From the NCBI GenBank assembly GCA_963796965.1, contig CAWCNS010000011.1, forward strand, positions 192,001-256,000: a stretch of DNA of 64,000 nucleotides, given 5' to 3'. Positions 32,887 to 44,100 of this stretch are shown one piece after another. The DNA comes from Calditrichia bacterium. Lineage in GTDB: Bacteria; Calditrichota; Calditrichia; JAJRVZ01. The translations under genes and the position numbers were made by a program. Numbering within the stretch: the first letter of the stretch is position 1; each line of letters begins with the position of its first letter. Below the pieces are notes generated by a model, which had not been told where the DNA came from, searched no databases, and saw only the letters and a program-made list of their open reading frames with translations.

Positions 32887-35306
32887 ATGCTCAATTCTAA
32901 ATCCGGTTTCGTCATTATGTCACTTGCCCTGCTTCTATTTACAAACATCACAGTGACTGCTCAGACACCGGTCATAGAATTCAAGACCGGTGAATGGATC
33001 AAGCAATGGCTGCTCTGCGGCCCCATTCCCCTGAAAAAAACTGACAGGCCTGTTCCGGATAGCAAACATCTCCTCGGATTTGAGACGGATTATTTACTCA
33101 AGTTGGGTGGTGAGGCCGCAGCGGATATCAAGTCGGGTCAAAAATTCAGATATAATGGCAATACAGTTTTTTTTACACCTCATAGCGCCAAAGATACGAT
33201 GATAGATCTGGATCTGGCTCTGTCCAGGAGTGATAATGTTCTTGCCTATGCCTATTGTGAGATCGAATCCAGGGAAGACATAGTGGCGGTCCTCGCCCTG
33301 GGCAGTAATGACGGCGGAAGGGCCTGGCTGAATGGTGAACGTATCTGGGACTATACAGGCGCCCGCGGCCTGTTCGCTGACAACGACAAAGTCCCTGTAT
33401 TTTTAAAAAAAGGTCGAAATAAATTATTGTTGAAAATTGAGGAACGCGGCAATGACTGGGGATTTTGTGCTCGTTTTTTATCTTTTGAGGCCGGGACCTT
33501 TGTAAAGGATGTTCCGCTTTTTTCAGTTATAACCGGGATAGATGGTCAGGCGCTTTTGCGTTTCCTCCCCGCTGAATCTGCCATCAACCGGCTGTTCAGG
33601 GATGTTGAATTAAGAATTACCAGCAAAGAAAATAGCGACAAGAACCTGTGGCAAGGCAAATGGACAAAGACAAGAGAGACCATCCTCTTTCCTGAGAATA
33701 CATCCTATGGTGAATTTGTATTGCACCTGGACGCTGTTCTGACAGATGGGAAAAATTGGACAGTAAAAATTCCCTTTCTGATGGGCGTCAGAGATGAAAA
33801 CGGACTTTTTACGGGTAAAATGAGTGATTACCAGGTAAAAGCATTTGGTGCAAGCGGTGACGGTAAAAATATGGATACACAGGCCATACAAATGGCTGTT
33901 GACAGTTGTGCGAAAAGCGGCGGCGGTACGGTTTATTTTCCGCCTGGCGTCTATCTCTGCGGCAGTATCCATTTAAAAAGCGAAGTTGCCCTTTACTTAG
34001 ATCATGGCGCCACATTAATGGCCAGCTCCAATGATGAGGACTTTGATCCGTATGAAAATCTGGATTTTGAAAACGATGCTGATCATGAAACAAGTTTTTT
34101 TCACTTTGCTCTGATTTGGGGAGAAGATGTAAAGCGAATAGTGATCCTGGGGAGCGGAACCATCGATGGTAATCGTAACAAACGTGGTGGTCCCAAACCA
34201 ATAGCCCTTAAACGCTGCCAAAATGTAACCATTAAAGATATCACAATACTTAACGCACCGAATTATGCCATCAGTCTTGTTAGGGACTGATTATGTCAAT
34301 ATTGATGGCGTCTCTATTCTAAATGGTTATTGCGATGGGATTGATCCCGACGCCTGTCATCACGTGCGGATTTCAAACTGTCATATCGATTGCTATGATG
34401 ATGCGATTGTTCCCAAAGCCAGTTTCTCTCTCGGATACCATCGTTCGACAGAATTTCTCACCGTGACCAATTGTCAACTTGCAACAAATTGCAATGCTTT
34501 CAAATTAGGCACTGAGTCCGGTGGCGATTTTAAATATATTACCGTGAGCAATTGTGTCATGTTCAACCGTTCTGTTGGGAGACCACCTACTTCAGGAATT
34601 TCATTAGAAACGGTAGATGGTGCTGACATCGATGGTGTTACGATTAATAATATATCCATGAACAATATACGCGTTCCCATCTTTTTGCGCCTGGGCAACC
34701 GTGGACGGGATATGGAGAAAGCAGTTCCCGGTACTCTGAAGAATGTGATTATCAGTAATATAACCGCTAACGGTGCTGAAAGCGCTTGTCCTATAGCAGG
34801 GATTCCTGGTCACAACATCAATAATATTTTACTTGACAATATCAATATCACCTATAACGGTGGTGGAGCCAGTGAGCAAAATAAAGTAAATGTACCTGAA
34901 CTCATAGATAAATATCCCTCGGCAACAATGTTCAAAGAACTCCCCTCTTATGGTTTTTATCTCAGACACGTTTCGGGTATCAAAATCGAGGATGTTCGGT
35001 TATCATTAAGTACCCCGGATTTAAGATATGCTCTTTATGCAGATGATTGTGATGAGCTCGAAATCGAATCATTTGGTACGCAATTAATAGAGGATGGGGC
35101 CGCTATCATTGCTCTGAAGAATATTCAGGAAGCTGACTATCCGAAATTGTAATCCGCCTGAAGGTACAGATCAATTTTTAGATATATTCGGAGAAATGAG
35201 CGAAAAAATCATCCTGATCAATAATGATTTTGAGTGGGTGGCAGATGTTTACCAAAAAAATGAAGATGTGCACGAGCATGCGATAAGAGAATTATTTAAC
35301 TACTAA
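32887..35306 (+). CDS. GH28/pectin-lyase-fold glycoside hydrolase with the same N-terminal module as 30034; frameshifts near 34275 and 35135
   Basis: FGASGDG..DTQAIQ, GTVYFPPGVY, GTIDG, DGIDPD...DDAI, FKLGTE motifs; last frame ends TAA 35306. Confidence 0.82.
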
Positions 35307-35323
35307 ATGTAAAAATTCCTACC

Positions 35324-35467
35324 TTTTTCACGCAAAGGCGCTAAGACATACAACTAATATAAATATTATGCTTAGAGCATGGTCCATAGAGAATTGCGCG
35401 ATATGAAAACGCCATGTTTTCTTTGCGCTTTATTTTAAATAATCTTTGCGACTTTGCGTGAGAAAAA
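35324..35467. repeat. Periodic inverted-repeat doublet (CGCAAAG-type)
   Basis: tttttcacgcaaaggcgctaaga ... tctttgcgactttgcgtgagaaaaa. Confidence 0.7.
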
Positions 35468-35506
35468 TGTATTATACAATAGCTTTTTATCAACATCTGG
35501 AGGAAA

Positions 35507-37110
35507 ATGAATTGGTTTGCAAATGTGGATAACTATGAGAAATTCATTCCCTACATTTCTTTAGATTCATACTTACAGGCCTTCGTATTTTTGTAGGCTG
35601 GCATTTTTTATATGAAGGGATCTCCAAATTATTTGCACCCAATTGGTCGTCTACAGGTTTTCTTATGGGATCACACTGGTTTTTTTCATCATTTTTTCAC
35701 TGGATTGCTGAAACGCCAGGCATTCTGACAATCGTTGATCAAATCAATATATGGGGATTGATTCTCATTGGCTTATTTCTCTTTTTCGGTCTCTTCACCC
35801 GCGCAGTAAGTGCTGCAGGTGCTTTCTTACTTATTCTCTATTATGTCGCCCAACCACCCTTGATCGGATTTATGGGTGAGGCTACCGGAGAAGGTCATTA
35901 TCTTATCGTCAATAAGATTCTCATAGAAGGTCTTATCCTGGTTGTATTCTTATTTTTGCCTCAGCAAGTATTATATGGATTAGACCGCTGGTTTTCCCGG
36001 CTAAAAAATGGGCAAACAGATAGAGATGATTTACCTACCAAAGATGAAGGCCGAAGGGAATTTCTCAAAGACCTGGTTACTGTTCCCTTATTTGGTGGAT
36101 TTGTATATTCTGTTTTCAAAAAACAACAATGGGAAAGTTTTGAAGAGAGACACCTTATCAGCCAGCCCAGCCGCACCGATGCCACTACCGGCGCAAGTCC
36201 TACTGGCCTTAGTTATACAAATTTAAGTGAATTAACCGCTAAAGTTTCATCTGGAAAGTTGGGCGATTTTGAAATAAGCCGTATGATATGTGGTGGGAAT
36301 CTTATCAGCGGGTATGTACATTCGCGGGATTTAATCTATGTATCTTCCCTCGTTCAAAGTTATTTCACTGATGAACGCGTTTTGGAAACCATGTATTTAT
36401 GCGAGGCCTGTGGTATTAATACAATTATACTGCGGGTGGATACAAATACGCTCAGAATCATGGAGAAATACCGCCATCGAAACGGAAAAATGCAATGGAT
36501 AGCCCAGGTAAAAATTCGCGATGTTGATATTAAATCTGATATTGATGCTGCTGTTGATAATGGTGCCATGGGGGCCTATATCCATGGTGGTGTCGCAGAT
36601 GAATGTGTTGCCCAGGGACAGGTTGACCTTCTGGTTAAGGGTGTGGACTATATCAAGAAGAGAGGCGTTTTGGCCGGCATGGCCGGACATGAGCTCGATG
36701 TGATTATTGAATGTGAAAAAGCCGGGTTAGATCCTGACTTCTATATGAAAACCCTGAACAGTGGAAATTACTGGACCGCCGGACCTCGTCTGATCCAGGA
36801 TCCGGATTGGCAGCCAAATCCACTCACCAAAGTTGAACCGGAATATAATAAGAAGATAAAGGACAACATCTGGGAAGTAACACCAAGACAAACAATAGAA
36901 TATATGAAAACGGTTAAAAAACCCTGGATCGCCTATAAAGTTTTTGGAGCCGGTGCAATTAAGCCAAAAGAGGGTCTGCAGTATGTCTTTGAGAATGGCG
37001 CTGATTTTGCCTGCGTTGGCATGTTTGATTTTCAAGTGGTAGAGAATGTTAATCTACTTAATGATATCTTAAAAGGTAATTTAGTAAGAAAAAGATCCTG
37101 GTATTCATAA
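35507..37110 (+). CDS. DoxX/DoxD-like membrane domain fused to an aldo-keto-reductase-like TIM barrel; 5' frameshift
   Basis: LRIFVGWHFLYEGISKL reads upstream of ORF 35665; EGHYLIVNK; ISRMICGGN and PWIAYKVFGAG motifs. Start uncertain (35507 or 35535). Confidence 0.75.
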
Positions 37111-37115
37111 TAATT

Positions 37116-37169
37116 GTAGAGACGTCCCGCATCTAAGACCCCGTTACACGGGGTGGGACGTCTTTTTTT
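37116..37169 (+). repeat. GTAG-type REP carrying a 26-nt hairpin insert; likely also a terminator
   Basis: GTAGAGACGTCCC-[GCATCTAAGACCCCGTTACACGGGGT]-GGGACGTCT followed by a T run. Confidence 0.75.
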
Positions 37170-37233
37170 AAAATATAATAATTTATTGGAAGCTTATTTT
37201 AGGGATTGATGAATTAGAGAATATCTGCCATAA

Positions 37234-37590
37234 TCAATGCATAAGAAATTCTTCGATCTGATTCCTGTTTCGGTCGGTTAAATTTTCAAATTTGCAGCCA
37301 ATACCAATTTTTTCTAATGTTTCATCGGTAAGTGCCCAGGTAATTTGCAAATCTGCGTTCAGGGGAAAATTTAGTTTTTGCGGTGATTCGATCTTCAATA
37401 ACACTATTTTATCGCCCTTTTGAGGTAATTTCCTACAATCATCTTTGGAGATGGCGATACAAATACCTCCCTTACTCACGTTTACAACCTTTGCGTATAT
37501 GATTCTATCAGAATTAAAATCATAAAAGTTGACAGAGGTTTTATCCTCGGCTGAAAAAACTACCCGATTGTCGAGACGATTTTCACGCAT
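37234..37590 (-). CDS. PilZ-domain (c-di-GMP binding) protein
   Basis: RLDNR (RxxxR), NVSKGG (D/NxSxxG) and GCKF motifs. Confidence 0.82.
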   Translation of the reverse strand: MRENRLDNRVVFSAEDKTSVNFYDFNSDRIIYAKVVNVSKGGICIAISKDDCRKLPQKGDKIVLLKIESPQKLNFPLNADLQITWALTDETLEKIGIGCKFENLTDRNRNQIEEFLMH

Positions 37591-38058
37591 AATTACACAC
37601 TATAAATTTGGATTGTTTTTTTGAGACACCGTAAAGTTTATTATCACCCTAATATGGGTGGTAATTTGGGTTATTTCAACCCTTACTTATCATTATCGAC
37701 AGAAAAATTAAAAGTATAGCTTATGTGGGATAAATTTTAATGTTTTGGCTAAAGCCAATATCAGGGAGGAAGAAAAATTGTAATTTATAATTAGGAATTG
37801 GGAACTGGATATTGTTGACTGGTAAAGAAATCTCTATTCTTTGTCTCTACCAGTTCGTTGATTATAAGCCACATTGGGGTTAAACCCACTTGTTCGAGAA
37901 TAACTTCCAACTGATTATAAATACATAAAACTTGGTAATTCGCTGTTGGATATTGGATATTTATGCTAACTGATAAATAAAATATCCAATAATCATCAGA
38001 GAATAATCAACCGAAAAGGTTTGCTAAGATTATCCGAAACACATTCTAAATATTGACC

Positions 38059-38108
38059 AGGGCGGACCCACCCCGTGGCACGGGGTCTTAGATGCGGTCC
38101 GCCCCTAC
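38059..38108 (-). repeat. GTAG-type REP carrying the same 26-nt insert
   Basis: Reverse complement reads GTAGGGGCGGACC-[GCATCTAAGACCCCGTGCCACGGGGT]-GGGTCCGCCCT. Confidence 0.75.
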
Positions 38109-38115
38109 TTGAAAA

Positions 38116-38161
38116 TTGATTATTCCGTGTTGTCCGAAGGACTCCTTTGGAGACTATTGAA
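38116..38161. repeat. 46-bp dispersed repeat, copy 2
   Basis: Reverse complement of 29746-29791. Confidence 0.85.
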
Positions 38162-38206
38162 CATTGAGTTGTGCCCCTAAACGCTCTACTCTCAACGCTT
38201 TACGCT

Positions 38207-39463
38207 TTATGATCTAATCTGCCCTTCCCCTAGAATAACATATTTATAACTGGATAATTCTTTAATACCAACCGGCCCGCGGGCATGCAATTTATCGGTG
38301 CTGATCCCCATCTCTGCCCCCATACCAAACTCTCCCCCATCAGTAAACCGGGTCGAAGCATTGACATATACGGTCGCTGAATCCACGTTTTGGGTAAAAA
38401 GATCCCTACTCTGCTCAGATTCTGTGATAATTGCATCAGAGTGCTGCGATCCATATTTATTGATGTGATCAACGGCTTCACGAATATCCGCAACAACCCT
38501 AACGGATAAGATCAAATCCAGATACTCCGTATACCAGTCATCTTCACTGGCCTCAACTGCATTGGGTATAAATTCTCTGGTTCTTCGATCCCCTCTTATT
38601 TCGACACCCTGCTCCTGTAAGCGAGCAGCAATTTTAGGCAGAAAGGTACCGGCTATATCCTGATGAACCAGCAAAGTTTCCATGGCGTTACAAACTCCGG
38701 GTCTCTGACATTTTGCATTTACAGCAATCTCAAGCGCCATTTGCAAATTTGCATTAGCATCAACAAAGGTATGGCAGACCCCCTTATAATGTTTTAGTAC
38801 CGGGACGCGCGCCATTTCAGCCACAGCCCTTATCAACCCCTCCCCCCCTCGGGGAATAATAAGATCGACAAGACCTTCAAGCTGAACTAACTCCTTAACC
38901 GCATCACGATCAGAAGTTTGTATCAACTGAATCGCATGACGAGGTAACCCCTTTTTTATTCCACCTGCCTGCATGGCCTTACAGATTGCCTGATTGCTAT
39001 GCATGGCTTCGCTTCCACCTTTGAGAATCACAGCATTTGACGATTTAATGCAGAGTGAAGCAGCATCTGCGGTAACATTTGGTCTTGATTCATAAATGAT
39101 CCCGATCACACCAATAGGCACCCGTACTTTTCTTATTTTTAATCCATTGGGTCTGATATCTTCACTTATTATTGATCCAATTTCATCGCTTAAAGATATG
39201 ACATCTAAGATCCCTTGTATCATTCCATCTATGCGATTATCGTTTAATTCCAGCCGGTCCAGCATGGCCTCAGATAATCCATTCTTTTCCCCGCGCTTAA
39301 GATCCTCTTGATTAACGAGCTGAATTTCCTGTCGCTGAAGATTTATTTCTTCTGCCATAGCGTCAAGGATTTTATTCTTTTGATCAGGGCTAATAGATAC
39401 CATTTCTCTCGCAGCAGCCTGAGCCTGTTCGCCTGTTCTCTTGATTTCACCCTTCAAACTCAT
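38207..39463 (-). CDS. proA: Gamma-glutamyl phosphate reductase
   Basis: PIGVIGIIYESRPNVT, CNAMETLLVH, NASTRFTDG, ISTDKLHARGP. Confidence 0.97.
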   Translation of the reverse strand: MSLKGEIKRTGEQAQAAAREMVSISPDQKNKILDAMAEEINLQRQEIQLVNQEDLKRGEKNGLSEAMLDRLELNDNRIDGMIQGILDVISLSDEIGSIISEDIRPNGLKIRKVRVPIGVIGIIYESRPNVTADAASLCIKSSNAVILKGGSEAMHSNQAICKAMQAGGIKKGLPRHAIQLIQTSDRDAVKELVQLEGLVDLIIPRGGEGLIRAVAEMARVPVLKHYKGVCHTFVDANANLQMALEIAVNAKCQRPGVCNAMETLLVHQDIAGTFLPKIAARLQEQGVEIRGDRRTREFIPNAVEASEDDWYTEYLDLILSVRVVADIREAVDHINKYGSQHSDAIITESEQSRDLFTQNVDSATVYVNASTRFTDGGEFGMGAEMGISTDKLHARGPVGIKELSSYKYVILGEGQIRS

Positions 39464-40630
39464 TTAGATCCCCCATCACTTTCAATTACGACCACCATAT
39501 TATCCCGGTGGATGACTTCTTCATAATCTTTATACCCAAGTATTTTTTCAATTTCAGAACTTCTATGCCCCATAATTTTTTCAATTCTATCACTGGAATA
39601 GTCAACTAATCCACGGGCAATCAAATTTCCGGATAAAGTTTTCACATTAACCAATGTACCTTTACTAAAATACCCTTCTATCTTTTTCACGCCTATTGGT
39701 AAAAGGCTATGGCCATTATTTTCAATTGCCTTTCTTGCGCCTTCGTCTATATATAGAGTGCCATGTGTTTTATGAAAAAAAGCAATCCAGCGCTTACGAC
39801 CCTTTATTTTTGATCTTATTTCACGGGTGGAACCACCAATTAATGTCCCTGAATCAATTCCATTCATAATGCCTGTGATAATTTGTTTTTTCCTGCCATC
39901 AGCAATCACTACCCGTGCACCCACATGAGAGGCAGCTTGTGCGGACTGAAGTTTGGATTCCATGCCCCCCAAAGAAAGTGCGCTCGCCTTCCCCCGGACC
40001 AAAGACATATCATTTGAGCTAACAGATCTAAGATAGGGAATTCGTTCTGGCTTTTTCAGTTCCATAGCCAGCCTGAAGTCCATTCGTGGTAGTCATTAAC
40101 AACAAAACCTCCGCTTCGATCAAAATCGTTACCAGGGAGGCCAGCATATCATTATCACCAAATTTTATCTCATCCACAGAAACCACATCATTTTCGTTCA
40201 CCACCGGAATAATTTTTTCCCGTAAGAGTTCCAGCATCGTATTTCTGGCATTAAGATGCCGGGTGCGATTTTTTAAATCATCATGGGTTAGAAGTACCTG
40301 GCCGATGCGCACATCTTCTTTTGAAAACAAATCCTCATAAAGGTGCATTAGTCGAACCTGTCCAACTGCTGCCGCCATCTGTAATTGTGGGAGGGTATTT
40401 GGTTTGGATGTCATATTTAAGGAATCGATTCCAACGGCAATCGCTCCGGAAGAAACCAGTACAATCTCTTTGTTGGATTTATGAAAGTGGGCAAGCTCTT
40501 TCACCAACGAACGCATCCGTGATAAATTGGGTTTACCATTTTCATCTACAAGCACTCTGCTGCCAAGTTTGATGACAATGCGGTTTGCCTTGGCTAATGC
40601 TTTTCTCTGATCTATATTTTCAAATTTCAC
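39460..40630 (-). CDS. proB: Glutamate 5-kinase with PUA domain; frameshift near 40070
   Basis: IKLGS, VSSGAI, AAVGQ, PVVNENDVV, GDND, GGMESK and PUA motif IHRDN across ORFs 40028-40630 and 39460-40083. Confidence 0.93.
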
Positions 40631-40631
40631 A

Positions 40632-40690
40632 ATTTTTGTCCACGAATTACGCCCGTAAAACGGGCCAGGCCGAATTTAGACGAATTTCAC
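40632..40690. repeat. Left arm of the 59-bp inverted repeat enclosing the GxxExxY gene
   Basis: atttttgtccacgaattacgcccgtaaaacgggccaggccgaatttagacgaatttcac; one mismatch to the reverse complement of 41132-41190. Confidence 0.95.
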
Positions 40691-40693
40691 TGA

Positions 40694-41068
40694 TTATAAA
40701 ACTATTCTTTGATATTTAAGACTCTTCTCTCCAAAATTGATGAGCAATCCAAGTTTAAGATCAGAGGATTTAAGATAATTCAAAATTTGAGAGATATGGC
40801 TGCAGTTTAGTTTTTCAATCGCTTTTATTTCCAAAACTATTTTATCATAACAAATAAAATCAGCATAGTACTTCTTTTTTAATCGAATCCCTTTAAAGTA
40901 TATATCTAATCCCACTTCACGTTGAAAAAATATTTCTCGCTTCTCAAATTCAATTTCAAGAGATTCTTTATATACAGATTCAAGATATCCACAACCTAAA
41001 CTTTTATGAACCTCAAAACAAGCGCCAATAATTTTATAACTTTCCTGAGAATAAATGAGATCTGCCAT
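40694..41068 (-). CDS. GxxExxY protein (PD-(D/E)XK nuclease superfamily)
   Basis: GYLESVY signature; ADFICYDKIVLEIKA; QILNYLK...GLLINFG. Confidence 0.92.
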   Translation of the reverse strand: MADLIYSQESYKIIGACFEVHKSLGCGYLESVYKESLEIEFEKREIFFQREVGLDIYFKGIRLKKKYYADFICYDKIVLEIKAIEKLNCSHISQILNYLKSSDLKLGLLINFGEKSLKYQRIVL

Positions 41069-41131
41069 GCAATTTATGCATCACATATCATGCCAAGATT
41101 CTTTAAGATTTAAAATATTTTTAAATAATTT

Positions 41132-41190
41132 GTGAAATTCGTCAAAATTCGGCCTGGCCCGTTTTACGGGCGTAATTCGTGGACAAAAAT
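41132..41190. repeat. Right arm of the 59-bp inverted repeat
   Basis: gtgaaattcgtcaaaattcggcctggcccgttttacgggcgtaattcgtggacaaaaat. Confidence 0.95.
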
Positions 41191-44100
41191 CATTTAAACA
41201 CCGAAGCCGGGATTTCCTGTTTTGGAATACCCGGTCCTTCATAGAACACGAACAAATCCTGCCCACCACCAAGCTGGTAATAACCAACCTCAATAAAATG
41301 CTCACCACGGGTGAGAAATATTTTGCCGGATTCCTCCCGATAACCATGCGCCCCACCATTATTCACGACTAATTGATTATTAATATAAAGGTTACTACCA
41401 TCATTGGAACCGGTATAAAAGATATATTCCCCATCCTTTTCAATATTTATAGTTGCCAGAAACTGAATGGCATAGCCTTTTAAATTAGTTTTGATGTCTT
41501 TGTAACTGATCTGGGCGACAGTTCCCGTTTTATCAGGAGTGGAAAGAACACCATTTTGAAATGTTCTTTTATTGCTATCGAAATATTTATAGTGGACACC
41601 ACTCGCCGGTGTATATTTATTATATTCAGAGACCGTACTTCCACTCGCTGCATATCCCTTTTTAAACGCTCTGGCCCTGAGTTTCGTATCATTATTGATG
41701 GTGACAGGCTCCTTGTACACCATAGAATTCATATCCGGTTCTGATCCATCGAGGGAATAATAAATTGAAGATTCTGCTGTTTCGGTCATTAATGTTACTT
41801 TGACAGATTCATTAAAATAGGCATTGACGGGGTCAATTGTTGGATCTTCAACAATTAATTGGTCAAATCTGGATGTATTAACCCTGCTCTGTCCCAACTC
41901 ATCATGGATGACGATGGCCTTAACGATACAATCACCAACATTTAGAACTACATCGGTATAGCGTTCAGACGACGAACTTGGTTCAGATCCATCAAGTGTA
42001 TAATATATCTTTCCATCATCCAACAAGCTGCTAATATAGATGTATCCCTGTGGGTTTCTTTTGACGACAGGTTCTGATACAAAAGGAATTCTGGGACGGG
42101 AAACGGTTTGTATTGACTCTTTTTCTTTGGAAAAAGGACGTAAGGAAAAACTAAAGGCATAGGTTTGTGGATCAACAGCACATTTCTTTATCAGGAAACC
42201 ATTAATTTCTCTTTCTATTGCATCAACACCATTTCCAACACCACGTTGACGTGCATCCAGACAGAAGGTAATGTAGTTTTCCTGTTCCAATTGATTCAAA
42301 TGTGTTGCTTCTTCCAATCCCTCCATACTATACGGTAAGGCGGTCATCGAAAAATTATCTGAACCCTGGACAAATACAAACCCTTTTTTGTTGCCATTTA
42401 GCAATGCAGCCCAGCGCGTATCTTGCCTGGATCCATTTTCCTGAGGCATACCATATGCGACATATTGTTCAGCTGGCGAGCTTTCATAAAATCCGATAGC
42501 AGCACCGGTTTTGCGATCGCAATAATTTTCATGGGGGCCTCGGCCAAAATATTTAAGATCTGAAAATGAATCCGGAAGTGTCATTTTAACCCCCACTCTT
42601 CCAAGGGTTGGTAAATCACCATAGGGTCTTATTTGATTATCAATAAGGACCTGGCCATTTCCACTGATCTGATAGGTACAAATATGCTCAAATCCACAGC
42701 CATTCAATCCTGAATAATTTATCTTAACATAGAGTTGCATAAGATTGCTCTCCAACTCATCAACCTCAAATATTTCAACCTTTGCCTTGAGAGTGTTAAG
42801 ACCAGCCTCCTTCCACTGTTGAGCGAGATTCTTTTCATTCCTAGTTGGCGTGCGATAGGCATTTAAAACAGGTCCGCCGGGTTTGTCAGATTCGGAATAA
42901 AGTAATTCTGATCCCCTGATACATATAGGAAGTCATCAAACCGGATTCTTTGTCATAGATCAATGAAAAATCAACCCCGGAAATGACCAATCTGTTCTCT
43001 TCATCTTTGTAAGATAAAGTCGCCCCCTTTGATAAATCGAGATATGGTCTGGGAACTCTTGGATTAATCTGAAACTGCTCCCAGGCTACTTCATGGCCTT
43101 TTTTTGCCCAGACTTCGTCCTTTTTTAATTGAAAACTAAGGTTGAGCCAGTATTCTGCTCCGGGAATAAATTTCATCGATTTGAGTGGAATGGTAACTTC
43201 TTTGCTTTCACCCGGTTTAACATCCAGAGATTGCAGCCCATCGCCCTGAATTTCGATGCCATCTTCTTCAAGAGTCCAAAACACATTAAAGTTACTTAGA
43301 TTGGTGAAAGGGTATTTGTTACGGATCAGAACACGACCTTCCTCAGCAGAGATGAGTTTCATTTCTACATATTCATAGACTTTTTTTATTTCCCACAATT
43401 TGGGTGAAGGGGTCCGATCAGAAAAGATTAAACCACAGAAAACAAAATTAGCATCCGGTGGTACCAATAGAGGCCCATAATCACCGGCATAGGTATAATA
43501 CTCCCGACCATTCTCATCTTTTTCTAATATTCCCTGGTCACACCAGTCCCAGATACAGCCTCCAATCAATGAGGGATATTTCTCAATGGCATCCCAATAT
43601 TCTTTTAAATTTCCACAGGCATTTCCATTCCCAAGCGCATATTCACAAAGAAATAAAGGTACTTCCGGATCTTCTTCCGCATACTGGGTAATCCGGTCCA
43701 CGGTAGCATACATTCTGCTGTGAATATCACCAGCCTTATTATAACCTTCATAATGGACCAGACGGGTTGGATCCACTTTATGGGCATGGTCACGCATATG
43801 CAGAAAGTTCTCACCTGACCCGGCTTCGTTGCCTAATGACCAGAAAATGACAGAGGGATGATTCTTATCCCGCTGGATCATATTATCCAGACGATCGATT
43901 GCAGCTGCCTTCCATTGAGGATTTGATTTTGGCAGGATACCATTTACGCCATGTGATTCCAGATTTGCCTCATCTACCACATAAAGTCCATATTGATCGC
44001 AGAGATCATACCATCTGGGATCGTTGGGATAATGAGAAGTGCGCACCGTATTTAAATTAAACTGCTTCATTAGTTCCACATCCCGTACCATTGATTCATA

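Noticed and set aside
40028..40083. Programmed frameshift or split proB
   Set aside because: No slippery site or stimulator seen; consistent with the window-wide indel noise.
40632..41190. Classical IS element
   Set aside because: No DDE, HUH or serine transposase motifs and no target-site duplication; reported as a non-canonical cassette instead.
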